Below, piece after piece: positions 33,713 to 45,834 of a DNA stretch of 64,000 nucleotides. Below the pieces are notes generated by a model. The model made no database searches and was not told the origin of the DNA. It saw only the letters and a list, made by a program, of their open reading frames with translations. Position 1 is the first letter of the stretch; every line of letters begins with the position of its first letter. Position numbers and translations under genes: made by a program. Origin of the DNA: Alloascoidea hylecoeti (Eukaryota); NCBI GenBank assembly GCA_001600815.1, contig BCKZ01000007.1:310001-374000 (forward strand), in the 5' to 3' direction.

Positions 33713-35194
33713 CTAATAACAATACTTAAAATCAAGTGCCCGATCACCGGTTCTATCTTTTCTTGGATCCTCAATTTCACCATCAAGGACCTTATTCTTA
33801 ATTCTATTCTCCCTATGAAGGAACAATGTCATAAGAGTTGCACAAATCATTGAAAGTCCGACACAACCCAATGAAAAAGCATGTCCAAGAACGTAAGGTG
33901 AATTACGATAAACCTGTCCAGCGATTGCGCCAGCAACATTACCAAATGTTTGATTAGCACCAACTGCTGTAGCTCGTCGATAATGTGGAGCAACATTATT
34001 TGTAATCCAAGCAATATTAAGACCTGTTCCTGTATATAGTGAGAATGCAATGAGATAGCATGCAAAATATTTGACTTTATCGTTTCCAACACTTAAAAGT
34101 AAAATATAACCAACTAATCCAAATATATTATAAAATGTAAATATTGGACCTCTTTTTTGCAATTTATCCGATGCAAATGCAGATAAATAGAATAATATAC
34201 CAGCAAGTATATAAACAGGAACACTAAGATATTGTGCCTCTAATCCACTATAACCTAAACCTTTTTTTAAAATGGAAGGTAAGAATGTCGAGAATCCATA
34301 TAAAATTGTATCTTGACAGAATTGAATAATAACACTTAAAATTGTTTTTGGATCTAAAAGACCCTTTCGAACTTCTGGCCATTCAAACTTTTGACTACCC
34401 ATATATTCTTCTCTTTGTTTTGATCTAATTCTCATAATTTCTCGTTCTCTGTCCGTCAATGCTTTCAATTGATTTGGTTCATCGGGTAAAGCGAAAAACA
34501 TCCATAATGAAGCCATTATTGAAATAGAACCTTCAATGATATATAAGTATCTCCAATTTGCTAAACTACCACTGTGGATTTTCAGTATACCGGTACAAAT
34601 GAGACCTCCGAAAGCACCACTCAGAGCAGATGAACCAAAAAGATAAGCAATTCTTCTGGCTTGTTCCTCTCTTTTATAAGTTAAAGTAATATACACAGAC
34701 AAACAAGGGAAAAATCCACCTTCGAAGGTTCCCAATAAAACTCTTGTTGCAATTAATCCATGATAGCTTTGTACAAAGGCGCCACATAGTGTTATAATTG
34801 ACCAACAAAATATCAAAACGGAAAGATAAATATGTGGTCTCATCCTTCTCATCAATAGCACAGCAGGAGTTTCGATGACGACGTAAGGAGCATAGAAGAT
34901 AGAAACAGCGGTACTAAATTGTGCACTTGTCATTTTTAGATCAACTTCTAATCCGACTGGGCCAGCATTTCCAATGTTTGATCTATCCAGTGATGATAAA
35001 AAGTACACTGTCGCGAATAAGGGCATAAGCCACAGGTCAAGTTTATGCACCAGTTTTGCTTCTTCCTTTGGATCAATGTACAAATCGTCTACCTGACCCG
35101 CATTTTCATCCCATTTAGCATCGGAAGAAACGTCGGCACATTTTTCTTCCATAATTTCTGGGGAGTTTTCTTCTTTCCGATCAGTCATTGACAT
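33713..35194 (-). CDS. MFS transporter of the allantoate/nicotinate (Dal5/Tna1) family
   Basis: KLDLWLMP..LDRSNIGNA and WRYLYIIEG motifs, multiple TM helices, DFKYCY end. Likely ATG at 35194. Confidence 0.9.
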   Translation of the reverse strand: MSMTDRKEENSPEIMEEKCADVSSDAKWDENAGQVDDLYIDPKEEAKLVHKLDLWLMPLFATVYFLSSLDRSNIGNAGPVGLEVDLKMTSAQFSTAVSIFYAPYVVIETPAVLLMRRMRPHIYLSVLIFCWSIITLCGAFVQSYHGLIATRVLLGTFEGGFFPCLSVYITLTYKREEQARRIAYLFGSSALSGAFGGLICTGILKIHSGSLANWRYLYIIEGSISIMASLWMFFALPDEPNQLKALTDREREIMRIRSKQREEYMGSQKFEWPEVRKGLLDPKTILSVIIQFCQDTILYGFSTFLPSILKKGLGYSGLEAQYLSVPVYILAGILFYLSAFASDKLQKRGPIFTFYNIFGLVGYILLLSVGNDKVKYFACYLIAFSLYTGTGLNIAWITNNVAPHYRRATAVGANQTFGNVAGAIAGQVYRNSPYVLGHAFSLGCVGLSMICATLMTLFLHRENRIKNKVLDGEIEDPRKDRTGDRALDFKYCY

Positions 35195-35470
35195 TGGTAA
35201 GGTTAGTGAAGTTAAAATGTCAATAAACAGGATTACATTAGGTTTATATACCTTTGAAATATCTGTTAGCGTGCGCGCAGGTAGGACACCACATCTACAT
35301 AGTACATTTGCATTATCTTCCGCGTGTGCGGATTTGCACCAGCGCAATTTTATTGGTATATTGAGGAGAATATCAGAAGACTGACAGAAGTGTATGTTTA
35401 TATTTTTAATAGATTAATGATAAGAAACCTTTTTATATACAGTTTTGAGACCTATATCAAATATTATAAT

Positions 35471-36576
35471 CTAATCCATCGTCTCTGACTCCGTTATCAG
35501 TTCATCAACTTTGAAATTAGGATCTCCAGTATTAAAATCATGAATCATTTTAAGTCTTTTTTGGGCTCGACTATTATCTTGCTTTGAGCCATAGAACCTT
35601 TGCGTATTTAATACTAATAATTGGGCTTCGGACATCTTAATTCCTGAATCCTTTTCAACTGTTCCGTTCATCAAGAAAACGCCTTTAGGTTCGTGGAGTT
35701 CATGATGGAACATCAATGTTGTATGGGGTCTTGCATATTCACCATGAAGTTGATAATCACCAAGAGTTGTAATCAATAAATGTGTGGTATTTGGTCCCAT
35801 AAAACACCATTGTAAGAAATGCATTTCATGACCTTGCCCTTCCTTTAACAGCGGCATAATAAACTGATAATCACAAAGTGATAGAAGTTGTTAGTACTAC
35901 AGCTATGGTCTCTAAAATTTGTATATCTCAAAAATTTGGACATACCATTGGATATCGAACAGCATTTTGGAATACTCTTTGATATACATCCTTTTCAATA
36001 ATCGCCATCAAAGAATCTTCTTTATTTTGGAATCGAGCTTTCCAAATGACCTCTATTTCCAATGGACTTAACTTTTTTACTTTTTCAACATCAATAAAAG
36101 AATTTAATGTTTTTACTTGTTCTGAAGGAATTTTAGCAGGTGGAGGTTTTGTTAAAGGCTTTAAAGGTGATGTAGGACCAGATTTAGAAGAAAGTTTTGC
36201 TTCATAATCCTTAAGTTCTTTCAAAGGATCAATTTTATTAAGCTCCTTTTTAGTTTTCTCAATATCATCTTTTAGCTTTTCCGTCAATTCATTAATGTCA
36301 CTTGCACCAACTCTAGTTTTTTTTATTATTAGTATGCCAATGAAAGTCTGTGTTATCAAAATAACTCACTCACTGTTTAGCTTTCTTTAATAGTTTTTCC
36401 TTATACTTTTCCAGTACAGCATCTTTTGCATTGGATTGAAGAAAACGAACATCAACAATTCGAGAACTAACAACTTGAGCGTATGGTCGTAAAGTAAGGT
36501 TCTTCTGAGTTGGAATAAGAGAAGATCTATTTATCGATTTATTAACAATAGTTAATTGTCGGGCAATTCTGTTCAT
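35471..36576 (-). CDS. ATP11: Mitochondrial F1-ATPase assembly chaperone; introns 36373-36313 and 35945-35864
   Basis: KTLNSFIDVEK, YPM|FIMPL, EMHFLQW and GEYARPH motifs; two introns join three ORF-track fragments. Confidence 0.93.
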
Positions 36577-36923
36577 AATTGTATGCTGTATGATAAAAAT
36601 TGAGATTTCAATATTGAAATTTCTAAACCTCAAGTAATTACCCGGTAATTAAAACATCACAATCAACTATTATCTTAATTAGTATGAAAGGCTTCAGAAT
36701 TGATATAACTAGAACAGATGATATAACTAATTTAGCTATCTTTGAAAGCAACTATAATTTCAACCATTATCATGGATGGAGGGAAATTGTATGACAGCTA
36801 ATATTAGCCTTTATTTTAAGTGGAAAATTACAAATAATTAAATACCTTTAAACAGATATGAAATATATTGATCTTAAGTTTTAGATCCGTTACAACCACA
36901 AAAGCCCACTAATATTTTCTTAC

Positions 36924-38084
36924 ATGATTTTTTTGGTTAATACTGCACGATCTAAATCTCGGTTTTTCTACGCACTAAATATATTTAATTGTTTATGTCT
37001 TGTGTTTGTGGCAGCATCTGAATCTGAAAACTATAATGGGCTTTCTACCAATGCTCACGATTCTAAATCAAATTCAACATTATTGATGAAGCGTTTACAA
37101 ACCTACGCAGAAATGAGAATACTTGGAGGGTGTGAAGAAGATCCAAAACACAAAGACCATATTGGTGAAAATTGTTCATTGATTTGTAAAGACTTATCAA
37201 GTTTTGGTAACCTAGAGTTTCATGGAAAGTTTGATCCTAAAATCTACGAGATTGGTGAAACTACACGAACCTTTGTGGATCATGATCGGAAAGAAAATAT
37301 GGTTTTGTTTAGAGGTTCTCAAGAGTTGAATGATTGGATTACAGATGGTCTCTTCAAGTTGACACCTTATAAACCACAATCAACTCTTAGAAATATATCA
37401 ACGGCGGTTGAGCAGGAAAAGTTATGTAAGGGATGTAAAGTTCACTATGGATTCTGGAAGTCTTTTAATAAAACCTGGGATTTTATAAAATCTGAATTTG
37501 ATGTGTTGAATGAAAAATATCCGGATTACTCTTGGACAATTATTGGTCATTCATTAGGTGGAGCAATAGCTCAACTTGTTGCTATAGAGTTCAAGCTTCT
37601 TGGTATTGAAAATCCTCTGATTCTTTCGTTTGGATCTCCTCAACTTGGAAATAAAAAATTCGTTGAATTTATAGACAATTTTTTTAAGCCGAAAGAAACC
37701 ATTGAAAGTTTGTCATATGGAGTATTGAGGGGTAATATACGATTTGTTAATAGACTTGATGTTGTACCAACACTCCCAGGATTTCAATTTTCTTATGAAT
37801 ATAATGGTGTGGAATTACTCATCATGAATAATGAACTTCCAACCACATTTGATTCAATTGTTGTTTGTGATCCAAATTCATATATTTGTCAAGGAAATAA
37901 AGGTGATATTTGGAAAGAAGCTTTCAACGCTTGCAAGGATACTGGAAAAGCACATGAAATGTTTTACGCACACACCCGTTACATGGTGAAAACACAAGAA
38001 GGATGTATTGGGAAACTCTACAGGTCCTTCATCAGTATTTTCGATAAGATTTGTGATCGTGCTTTCTTGGATATGGAATACTAG
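36924..38084 (+). CDS. Secreted class 3 lipase
   Basis: Hydrophobic N-terminus; FRGS, CKVHYGF, GHSLGG, FGSP and DVVPTLP motifs. Confidence 0.9.
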   Translation: MIFLVNTARSKSRFFYALNIFNCLCLVFVAASESENYNGLSTNAHDSKSNSTLLMKRLQTYAEMRILGGCEEDPKHKDHIGENCSLICKDLSSFGNLEFHGKFDPKIYEIGETTRTFVDHDRKENMVLFRGSQELNDWITDGLFKLTPYKPQSTLRNISTAVEQEKLCKGCKVHYGFWKSFNKTWDFIKSEFDVLNEKYPDYSWTIIGHSLGGAIAQLVAIEFKLLGIENPLILSFGSPQLGNKKFVEFIDNFFKPKETIESLSYGVLRGNIRFVNRLDVVPTLPGFQFSYEYNGVELLIMNNELPTTFDSIVVCDPNSYICQGNKGDIWKEAFNACKDTGKAHEMFYAHTRYMVKTQEGCIGKLYRSFISIFDKICDRAFLDMEY

Positions 38085-38242
38085 TAATACTAATCTTAAG
38101 ATAGCATCTGAAACATTAAATCCGTAATTTACAATCGTTAGTACATATATTAGGAGTATTTGTATACAAATAGTTCTTGAATATATATATTAATAGAGAC
38201 TAAGAAATAACACCATTTTTATTTATTAAAATATTAAGAAGT

Positions 38243-39047
38243 TTATTCCTCATCATCATCTCCATCAAGGGTTTGGAAAGCAATACGATCCAAATCTCTT
38301 TGACCATTTGGAGTGATTCTGCGTCCACCTTTTGGAGAAATCTCAACAATATTAATCTTTTCTAATGCTTGAAGAACTTTTCTGTTGATAGATCCTGAAG
38401 CATCACGATGGTGGGAAGGTCTTGATCCACGGTTAACAGCACCACCGTAGAGTTTGTTTAGTTTACCAACACCTACCTGTTTTCTGAGGTAAATGTGTCT
38501 GGCGACTGAAGCAGCACGCTTAAAGAACCAGATATCTGACTCTTGTGGTGGGAGTTCGTTACCAGAACTTGTTTTAACTAATTCAACATATCCTGGAACT
38601 TCAAGTTTACCTTGACGTTGGAGAAACAGTGCGTAATTGTTGATGAACTCGCTTGCGGGAATATCTCTAATGATTCCAAACTCGTTAGTAAAAATATCAG
38701 CTTATTAGAATTTTATTGGAATATTATCTTAGAGGGTTGAAAATAACAATTAGATGTGGGTATTATTTAAATTTTGAATAAATGATGTATATCATTCAAT
38801 TTTTATCGATTCTAACTTTCATTTTGCTTTATAAACTATTAATGTTTGTTTTGAAATAAGCTGAATATTCAAATACATAAAATTGCTATTGTTGTTACAT
38901 TTGAAATTATTTTGATCATAATCCACACACGTTACTCTTTCAACCCTCCACAATAAATAAAATCCATTTATCTTGTCGTTATAAGATAAAAACGGATCAG
39001 AACCTCAATTAAAATAATCTCTTGACATACCTAACTGTAGCAGGCAT
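38243..39047 (-). CDS. RPS19: 40S ribosomal protein S19 (eS19); 364-nt intron 39030-38667; absent from the ORF track
   Basis: MPATVR|DIPASEFINNYALFLQRQGKLEVPGYVELVKTSSGNELPPQ...WFFKRAASVARHIYLRK; GTATGT 5' site and TACTAAC branch. Confidence 0.96.
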
Positions 39048-39223
39048 ATTGAATTTTCCTATACTTTTTGGTAAGTAAGCCAAAACGTTTGATGTTATCA
39101 ACTATCACTCAATCCAAGCCGGTATATAATATACACAGTTCGAGGGTATGACTACCCAATTAAGAAAACCAAGTCACACAGATTCACGTTCACGTTTATC
39201 CGGGTAACGTGGATGACTAATAC

Positions 39224-40771
39224 ATGACCAAGCCCGCATATAATGGATTTCGGAGACGACAACACCTAAAAATGGACGGGGATCTAACTGATAAGAGCAA
39301 TGGGAATGGAGCAAGCTTAATATCCTTACCTGAGGAGGTGTTGGATATCATCATAAGATACTTATGGCACCATAAAGGGGAATCAAAGAACTGTGATGTT
39401 TTGAGCCTATCAATGGTTTGTAGGGCACTTCGGGCTTATTCCTACAAACATCTCTTTAACAACTTTACAACCATAGCTGTTGACGATCTTGAAGGTTTAA
39501 CTGGGAATAAACCATGGCCACTTAAAAATTATAAAATAGATACATCAAGTTTAATCGAAACATTATCTAATTGGACTGTCTCCCCTGGACTATTCACTTT
39601 TTACACAAAGTCTTTGGAAATTGTGGGAGATAACTTCTCAGTATTTCAAAACTTGCATTTATTCCCTTCTCTTACATCATTGAAGTTATTAGGTCCCATC
39701 CCTCGATTCAAAGAACGACTTTCAGAACTTAAACCATCTAATTGTTCTCTAAAAGAAATTGCCTTCCCGCTTGGAGATGAATCAACTCTATCATTAATTG
39801 ACACTATTTTTAATTTATCAGCCGTAAAGGATCTGACGCTATTTATAGATATTTCAGAATTATTAATATTAATAGGCAATCATGAGAAAATATTTGATTC
39901 TTTAAAAATTGCCAATTCTTTATTCCAAGGAATATCTCATTTAAAAATTATTTCTAATGGATGTTCATTCCCATTTCAATGGTTATCATTTACATCTGAT
40001 CTGTTATTTGGACTTCAAAACTTGGAATCTATATCAATTAGAACCGTTCCTTCTACCTGTTATAAAGAACCTGATTCAAATCTTAGCTTACCTATAAATT
40101 ATAATGGATTAAAGAATTTTTTTGATAATTTAAGTGATAAACCAAAATTAAAAAAATTACAAATGGATCTTAATACAATTTTCAGGTATTCTACACCAAT
40201 TAAGGAGGATGCATTTTTTAATTGTAATCTTGAAATACTTGAATTGGTAGAAACAGCAATAATATGTCCATTTAGTAGAGAACAGATTCAAAAACTTCAT
40301 AGGATAATGAAATTTCTTCCAAATTTAAAAACTTTTTGTTTATTTTATGGTTCTCATTCAGAAAATGTAACATTTGATTTAGTCTTGTTGAGTATTAAGA
40401 TGCTTTTCAATAATTTAAACCATCCGTCTATCAAAGAAGTTATTCTGGAACAAGCCTGGAATAGATTTGATGAGTTTTTAAAAGAACGGTTATTACTTAT
40501 GAGTAAAGACTTATGGATAAAATCACCAAGATATAGAGAGCCCCATGTTTTCACGGTTAAGGGAAACAGACTGGAGATTGATCAAGGATATGATCCAAAA
40601 ACACTAGAAAATTCGTGTTCATTACACCATGAGTTCTGGACTAATGAAAAATGCCGGATGAAAATGTCGAAGATATCTTTTATCCATCCAACTAAGGAAT
40701 ATAATGACAAAGTTAAAGGAACCCAGGAAAAACGAACACAAGAAAGATTAAAAAGACTACAAGGACTATGA
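39224..40771 (+). CDS. F-box protein with LRR-like body
   Basis: LISLPEEVLDIIIRYL..LSLSMVCRAL F-box; repeated LxxLxL units. Confidence 0.7.
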   Translation: MTKPAYNGFRRRQHLKMDGDLTDKSNGNGASLISLPEEVLDIIIRYLWHHKGESKNCDVLSLSMVCRALRAYSYKHLFNNFTTIAVDDLEGLTGNKPWPLKNYKIDTSSLIETLSNWTVSPGLFTFYTKSLEIVGDNFSVFQNLHLFPSLTSLKLLGPIPRFKERLSELKPSNCSLKEIAFPLGDESTLSLIDTIFNLSAVKDLTLFIDISELLILIGNHEKIFDSLKIANSLFQGISHLKIISNGCSFPFQWLSFTSDLLFGLQNLESISIRTVPSTCYKEPDSNLSLPINYNGLKNFFDNLSDKPKLKKLQMDLNTIFRYSTPIKEDAFFNCNLEILELVETAIICPFSREQIQKLHRIMKFLPNLKTFCLFYGSHSENVTFDLVLLSIKMLFNNLNHPSIKEVILEQAWNRFDEFLKERLLLMSKDLWIKSPRYREPHVFTVKGNRLEIDQGYDPKTLENSCSLHHEFWTNEKCRMKMSKISFIHPTKEYNDKVKGTQEKRTQERLKRLQGL

Positions 40772-40905
40772 TAATGAGTCTCAATTTATTACTAATAATA
40801 ATGCAATCAATAAATAGGTATATATCATTAAATAAATATCATAATGCTTTCTTTCAAGCTTAAACAATCACGCCATAATTCTATAGTAGTATTGAAATGC
40901 AAAAT

Positions 40906-41673
40906 TTATCTTCTAAACGTATCAAGGAAATCTCTACCAAACCATCGATTTGCTGCAGCTTCTTCGTTCTGTTGGGGAGGTATAGATTCATCTGCTGGCC
41001 TTTGTGGTGGATTCCTAGGAGCTCGACCAACAAGCTGTTTCCAGTAAGGAATTCTCCAATCTTTTCCCGGAATAACATCCCTAGTCACTAATATTCCAAT
41101 GGCCCATCCTATCCATGCACTTACAATACTTCTAAATAGGTGTGTTGTGGCAAGTTGAAAAGAAACTAAAAATATGAAAATTCGATCCGTAAGTGTTATT
41201 TTTGAAGAAGGATGGATACCAAGTACTTCAAAGCGATAAACCACTGGGACAAGATCATAGTATTGAACAAGAAGAGCAAAAAGAATTGACGTAGAACCTG
41301 CTGGGACACTGAATGAAGGTGTGAATGGAATTAACTCTGATATTATCATAACACCAAATGTAACCAATATCGTATAACCAAAACAAACTAAAATATAAGA
41401 TAGATATTTATTTGATCCCATCATCCGTTCTAAAACTCTGTAGTTGTAAAATAACAATGCTCCAAACATAACTTCTGACTGGTTTGAATAAGCCAATTGC
41501 CATATTATTAGCCTCCACCATTGATGCCACTCCCAAATTTGTGGTATTAAGTTCAGCTCAAACAGGTATTTAACACCCACAAGAGATATAATAACTGGAA
41601 GCCCGGTTGACCAAACAAATAAATATTTCGAAACAGGCGTATTTACAAAGCCTTTTGGTGTTGGGACAAACAT
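40906..41673 (-). CDS. DSC2: DSC ubiquitin-ligase complex subunit 2 (rhomboid pseudoprotease)
   Basis: GF.NTPVSK, QWWRL..WQL.Y.N and R.LER.MGS.KY motifs. Confidence 0.8.
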   Translation of the reverse strand: MFVPTPKGFVNTPVSKYLFVWSTGLPVIISLVGVKYLFELNLIPQIWEWHQWWRLIIWQLAYSNQSEVMFGALLFYNYRVLERMMGSNKYLSYILVCFGYTILVTFGVMIISELIPFTPSFSVPAGSTSILFALLVQYYDLVPVVYRFEVLGIHPSSKITLTDRIFIFLVSFQLATTHLFRSIVSAWIGWAIGILVTRDVIPGKDWRIPYWKQLVGRAPRNPPQRPADESIPPQQNEEAAANRWFGRDFLDTFRR

Positions 41674-41805
41674 TTTATAATTGTCGTATTTGATAATGTG
41701 GAATAATTATAAATCCTTATTGTTATCTCACCATATCCGGGTAAATACTTCTCCATATCTTTTCTAGCTAATTAGATCCCGAACTTCACCTTTGATCCTC
41801 TGAAA

Positions 41806-43853
41806 ATGTACAAATTAGGACCTCAAGGACGAGCAATAGCGGAAAGAATGGCTCATAGCGAGAGTAGCAGTGTGAAAACTATTGTTTCAGGCACTTTGCC
41901 ATATATTCCGACACAAATGCTGCTGGATGAATTACTAAATGAACTGAGGAAAGCAAAGCCAACCTTGAATCCAAAAGCGTAAGTAGAACCGCAGTTATTG
42001 GAATATAATAATGTTTATACTAATTTTTTATTATTTTTAGACTTCTGCTGAGATTTGTGTATACCTTGCCAATGCTCACAAATACGTTAAATATAGCATT
42101 ATTGACCCAATACTTATTACAATGTGAAGCTATTATTCCAAATCAAAATCCAGATATATCTATAGCACATCTGGTAACAGAAGCATTTAGATCAGCAGTA
42201 AACAGAAAACACTTAATTTCAACACCTACTTTACCTGTTGATGCGTTTTATGAAGGTATATTACATGGTATATCTCAAGTTGTCCCCGAATGGAGATGTG
42301 TGCCCGCTATAGTAGGAATTTTGGCAGCTCAAAAGACCCAATCATCTAGTGTCATAATCAGAGTGGAGTCCTTATTAAAAACACGATTGGTTCAATCTGT
42401 TGTAGAAACACTTCGGCTGAATACAGGAAATACTGATTTAGAAATCGTTACTATTTTACTACTAGGATTGGGGCTTACTTTCCCTAATTTACCTGATTCG
42501 GAAAAGAAAAGATTGCCAGTGGTAAGACTTTTACCTGAGGCATTAGAGCTAGTATTTTTCTCGAAATATGGGCTTCAAAGTGTATTGGATATTAAATCTC
42601 AAGATAATGTATCACTGGACTTAAAATTTCAATCGCCGGTTATTAGTGGTTTAAATTCCCTATCTTATCTTATTCAATATTGTATTTCTCGATTAAAAAA
42701 TGATATTAAACTACTTGATTTCACAACTTCAAAACTTCTTAAATTCACATCAAATATCGGTGATATATATAAAACAGCGGTTAAAAATCAACCGGGAATC
42801 GATAAAAATGAAAAATATTGGAAATTACTAAAACTTGCAGTTTTCTCCTTGACTGTTGTGTATCAAGGTATCATTTCTGTTTCCCTTCATTCTGCCACTA
42901 ATCTTTTATATAATTCATTTCCTGGTATCTACTTCAAGAATCTTCGATCATTGTTTAATATCCACTTTATAGTGGACAATATCGGTACTGCTGGGTTTTC
43001 AGCTTATAATTTTGTTTATTTCACTTCTTTAGACGGAATTTTTGAAACATCAATACCAGAGTCTGAAAACCTTGCTAGATTATTAGTCTCAGAATGCAAT
43101 TTAGGCAAAATTGATGATGAGGTTGAAAGAGGTAAAATTTTGTTTACTTTGGATTATTATGAACATCTAGTTCAAATATCTTCTCAAGAAGTTGTGGATA
43201 ACTTAATATTGCCGTTCACAAATAAATACCTAAATCCAATAGAAAATTTAAACTCAGATACGATCAGACCTATATTAGAATCGGCACATTCAGTGGTTTT
43301 AGCATCTCTTTCTTCTCCAAGTAATGCTGCTGCAAACGCTAAGTTCATTCCTACTTACACACAAGCCGTTTTAAATTTATTTCCTTCTATATTATCTGCT
43401 GATCAATTCATCCTTGCAATTGAATCGATTGCAAAAGCTGTCTATCCACCATCACCGATATTTCAAATAAATTCTAGACTAGGTTCAATGTTAATGGCCA
43501 TCCTTTACAAAAAAGCAGATGAAACTGATCCAAATATACTTTTACCTGCTTTACCATCAAGTACTTCACCAACTTCAAGGGGAGAAAAAGTCAATAGCGA
43601 TGAAGACCTACCACAACCACCTACTGTTCGAACAACTATTTTAGCTGCTTTAATCAATGTTATTTGTTATGTAAATGCTAGAGATGTTAAACCATGGCTT
43701 GATAAAGCCTGGAATCTAGTACATCAAAGGAACGAGAAAGATTTCATAAAAGGGGAATTATGGAGAACTATATCTGGTAAGTTCGATATGCATAGAGCTA
43801 ATATTGGAATCAAATGGTGGTATGAAAACATTGATTATCCTTCAAAATTTTAA
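41806..43853 (+). CDS. PEX8: Peroxin Pex8; intron 41979-42040
   Basis: Exon 1 ATG at 41806 joins in frame; contains ESAHSV.L and GIKWWY; ends SKF (PTS1-like). Confidence 0.85.
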
Positions 43854-44120
43854 ATTAGATTTAGAAAATATTATATAAATATGTTACTCATTATATACCG
43901 ACTTTTATAAAACATATAACTAATTATATATTACTACCTTTATATACTCAGACCTTCAGTACTCTACCAATATTAACATTTTCAAAATCTAAGAACTCTC
44001 TACCCAATGAAATGTATTGGAGGCTGATGAATTGGGTTTGATTTAGACACTAAATTTGATCAATAATGATAGTTAGTGTAATTTAGGCCAATTATGTTGA
44101 TTAAGACTTTGCCCAGGGAA

Positions 44121-44318
44121 TCAATATGCAACGACTAATGCGGTGTCAGTGGTACACGCACGAATGCAAACTACCACCAATGAGGTTAACAATCCGGTGG
44201 TAAGAACTGATAAAACAAAAAATATGATTAATTAGTAGATTATGTAAATCTATAAAGAAAGATAAGGGGATGTTAACTACCCGCACTACTTACATGTAGG
44301 TAGCGAGAGCCCAAACAT
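44121..44318 (-). other. Unannotated spliced locus: 36-aa hydrophobic microprotein or structured ncRNA; intron 44293-44207
   Basis: GTAAGT 5' site, TACTAAT branch (44237-44231), T-rich tract and CAG; TATATAA at 44337-44331; TTACCCG at 44582-44576. Confidence 0.5.
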
Positions 44319-45204
44319 TGGACAAGAACGTTATATAGGCTTATGCAATGATATGCATATGCTACTAGGAGTATTGTATTTCTCACCTGCACCTTTGCAT
44401 ACTGGAATATGGATATGCACCAAGCATTAAATTACGGTATATATATCATCGTATCTGTTCGTATACCTTAAAATAAATCCTCCTCTTCCGTAATCACTAG
44501 ATTCAGTACCGCCACTACCACATTCTTTGTAGCAATCCATATACGAGCCATGTTTCCCTTGCACATCAAATTGCGCGGGTAACCATGCCACTAAGTAATC
44601 CGCAACGTACCCCATTATCGTAACATATAGGACTATAGTTACTATTGTCCATATATTTGTCTTCAGATGTCTCTATTATCATTACAAGCATACTGTTGTT
44701 TCATTTCAAATTTCATCCTCCAGGTCTGATCTAGCTCTCTCATCGTAATGATTCGTTGTTGGCGTAACAACCTTTCTTCTTCAAGTCTTTGTTTTTAAAC
44801 CTTAGGGTTCCTGTTTCCCTCCTTAATCATTTTCCTTTCTTTTTTTGCACGGACCTTTTCTCACTATGTTTTGTGAAAAATTAACCCGCTTTAAAATTTA
44901 ATGTTAATTGATATATTAATAAGTTAAAATTAAAGATCCAGAAAAATAGAAAAGATAAAATATTTCAAGTTTCCCGCTTTTTACTTCAGTTATGGACCCC
45001 CAGTTATAAGCTCTATGTTCTCATTTACTATTTTCATTATCATTAAAAATCGAATGAATATATTATAAAGAAAATGTTATGAAATATTACGTAACTATGT
45101 AAATATTAAGTTGAAGTTGAATGCATAATAATGTATAAGTTATATATATGAGCAGAAATAATTTTAGTGAGAGAAATTAGAATATATAGTTAGCCATAGA
45201 AAAT

Positions 45205-45834
45205 TTAAAAGAGAAAGACCAAAGCAATCGCACCGGCGAATGCACCAGCTGGAATAAGCTTATCAGCAGCACCTGTAGCTTCAACAATGGGGATGGGTGA
45301 TGTTGAATTACCTGAGAGAGTATGAGAATTAGTAACTGTAACTTTGATTGGAACAGTGATTGTGGAATCACAACCTTCTGGAGGACAGACAGTTGAGGTG
45401 GTTGCTTCCTCGGGTGTAAGTACAGCGGCTGTAATTTCAGGTGTAGGTGTAGCCTTAGAAACAGTACAAGGACAATCAGTAATAGTCAAAGTAGTAGCAG
45501 CTGTAACAGTGATTGTATTTGTTCCATAGGTTAAAGTGGTTGGTTCTGGACAGTAAGTAGTAAATTCAGTGACAACCTCAACTTCAGGTGTAGGTGTAGT
45601 CTTAGGAATTGTACAAGGACAATCGGTGATAGTCAAAGTAGTAGCACCTGTAACAGTGATTGTATTTGTTCCATAGGTTAAAGTGGTTGGTACTGGGCAG
45701 TAAGTTGTGAATTCAGTGACAACCTCAAAATCAGTGACTGTACTGTAGACCTCTGTGACATTACTGTAATTTCCGGCAAAAACAGAAGGAGCAGCCATGG
45801 CAATTAAGGAAACAATAGTGGTAGAATATTTCAT
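45205..45834 (-). CDS. GPI-anchored cell wall protein, Sed1/Ccw12-like, with two 49-aa repeats
   Basis: Signal peptide, two [21 protein letters not shown] repeats 147 nt apart, and a hydrophobic GPI signal. Confidence 0.9.
   Translation of the reverse strand: MKYSTTIVSLIAMAAPSVFAGNYSNVTEVYSTVTDFEVVTEFTTYCPVPTTLTYGTNTITVTGATTLTITDCPCTIPKTTPTPEVEVVTEFTTYCPEPTTLTYGTNTITVTAATTLTITDCPCTVSKATPTPEITAAVLTPEEATTSTVCPPEGCDSTITVPIKVTVTNSHTLSGNSTSPIPIVEATGAADKLIPAGAFAGAIALVFLF

Noticed and set aside
40906..41673. Dsc2 lacking a C-terminal UBA domain
   Set aside because: As I recall, UBA-less Dsc2/DscB with a similar short tail occurs in other ascomycetes, so it is probably not novel.
44427..44615. 62-aa minus-strand ORF
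   Set aside because: No recognisable motif, and it overlaps a probable promoter containing the Reb1-type site.
44802..44809. AACCCUAA on the - strand as a telomerase RNA template upstream of the 44293 splice site
   Set aside because: An 8-mer is expected by chance in 64 kb. No template-boundary stem, pseudoknot or proper Sm site was found, and the telomere repeat of this species is unknown.
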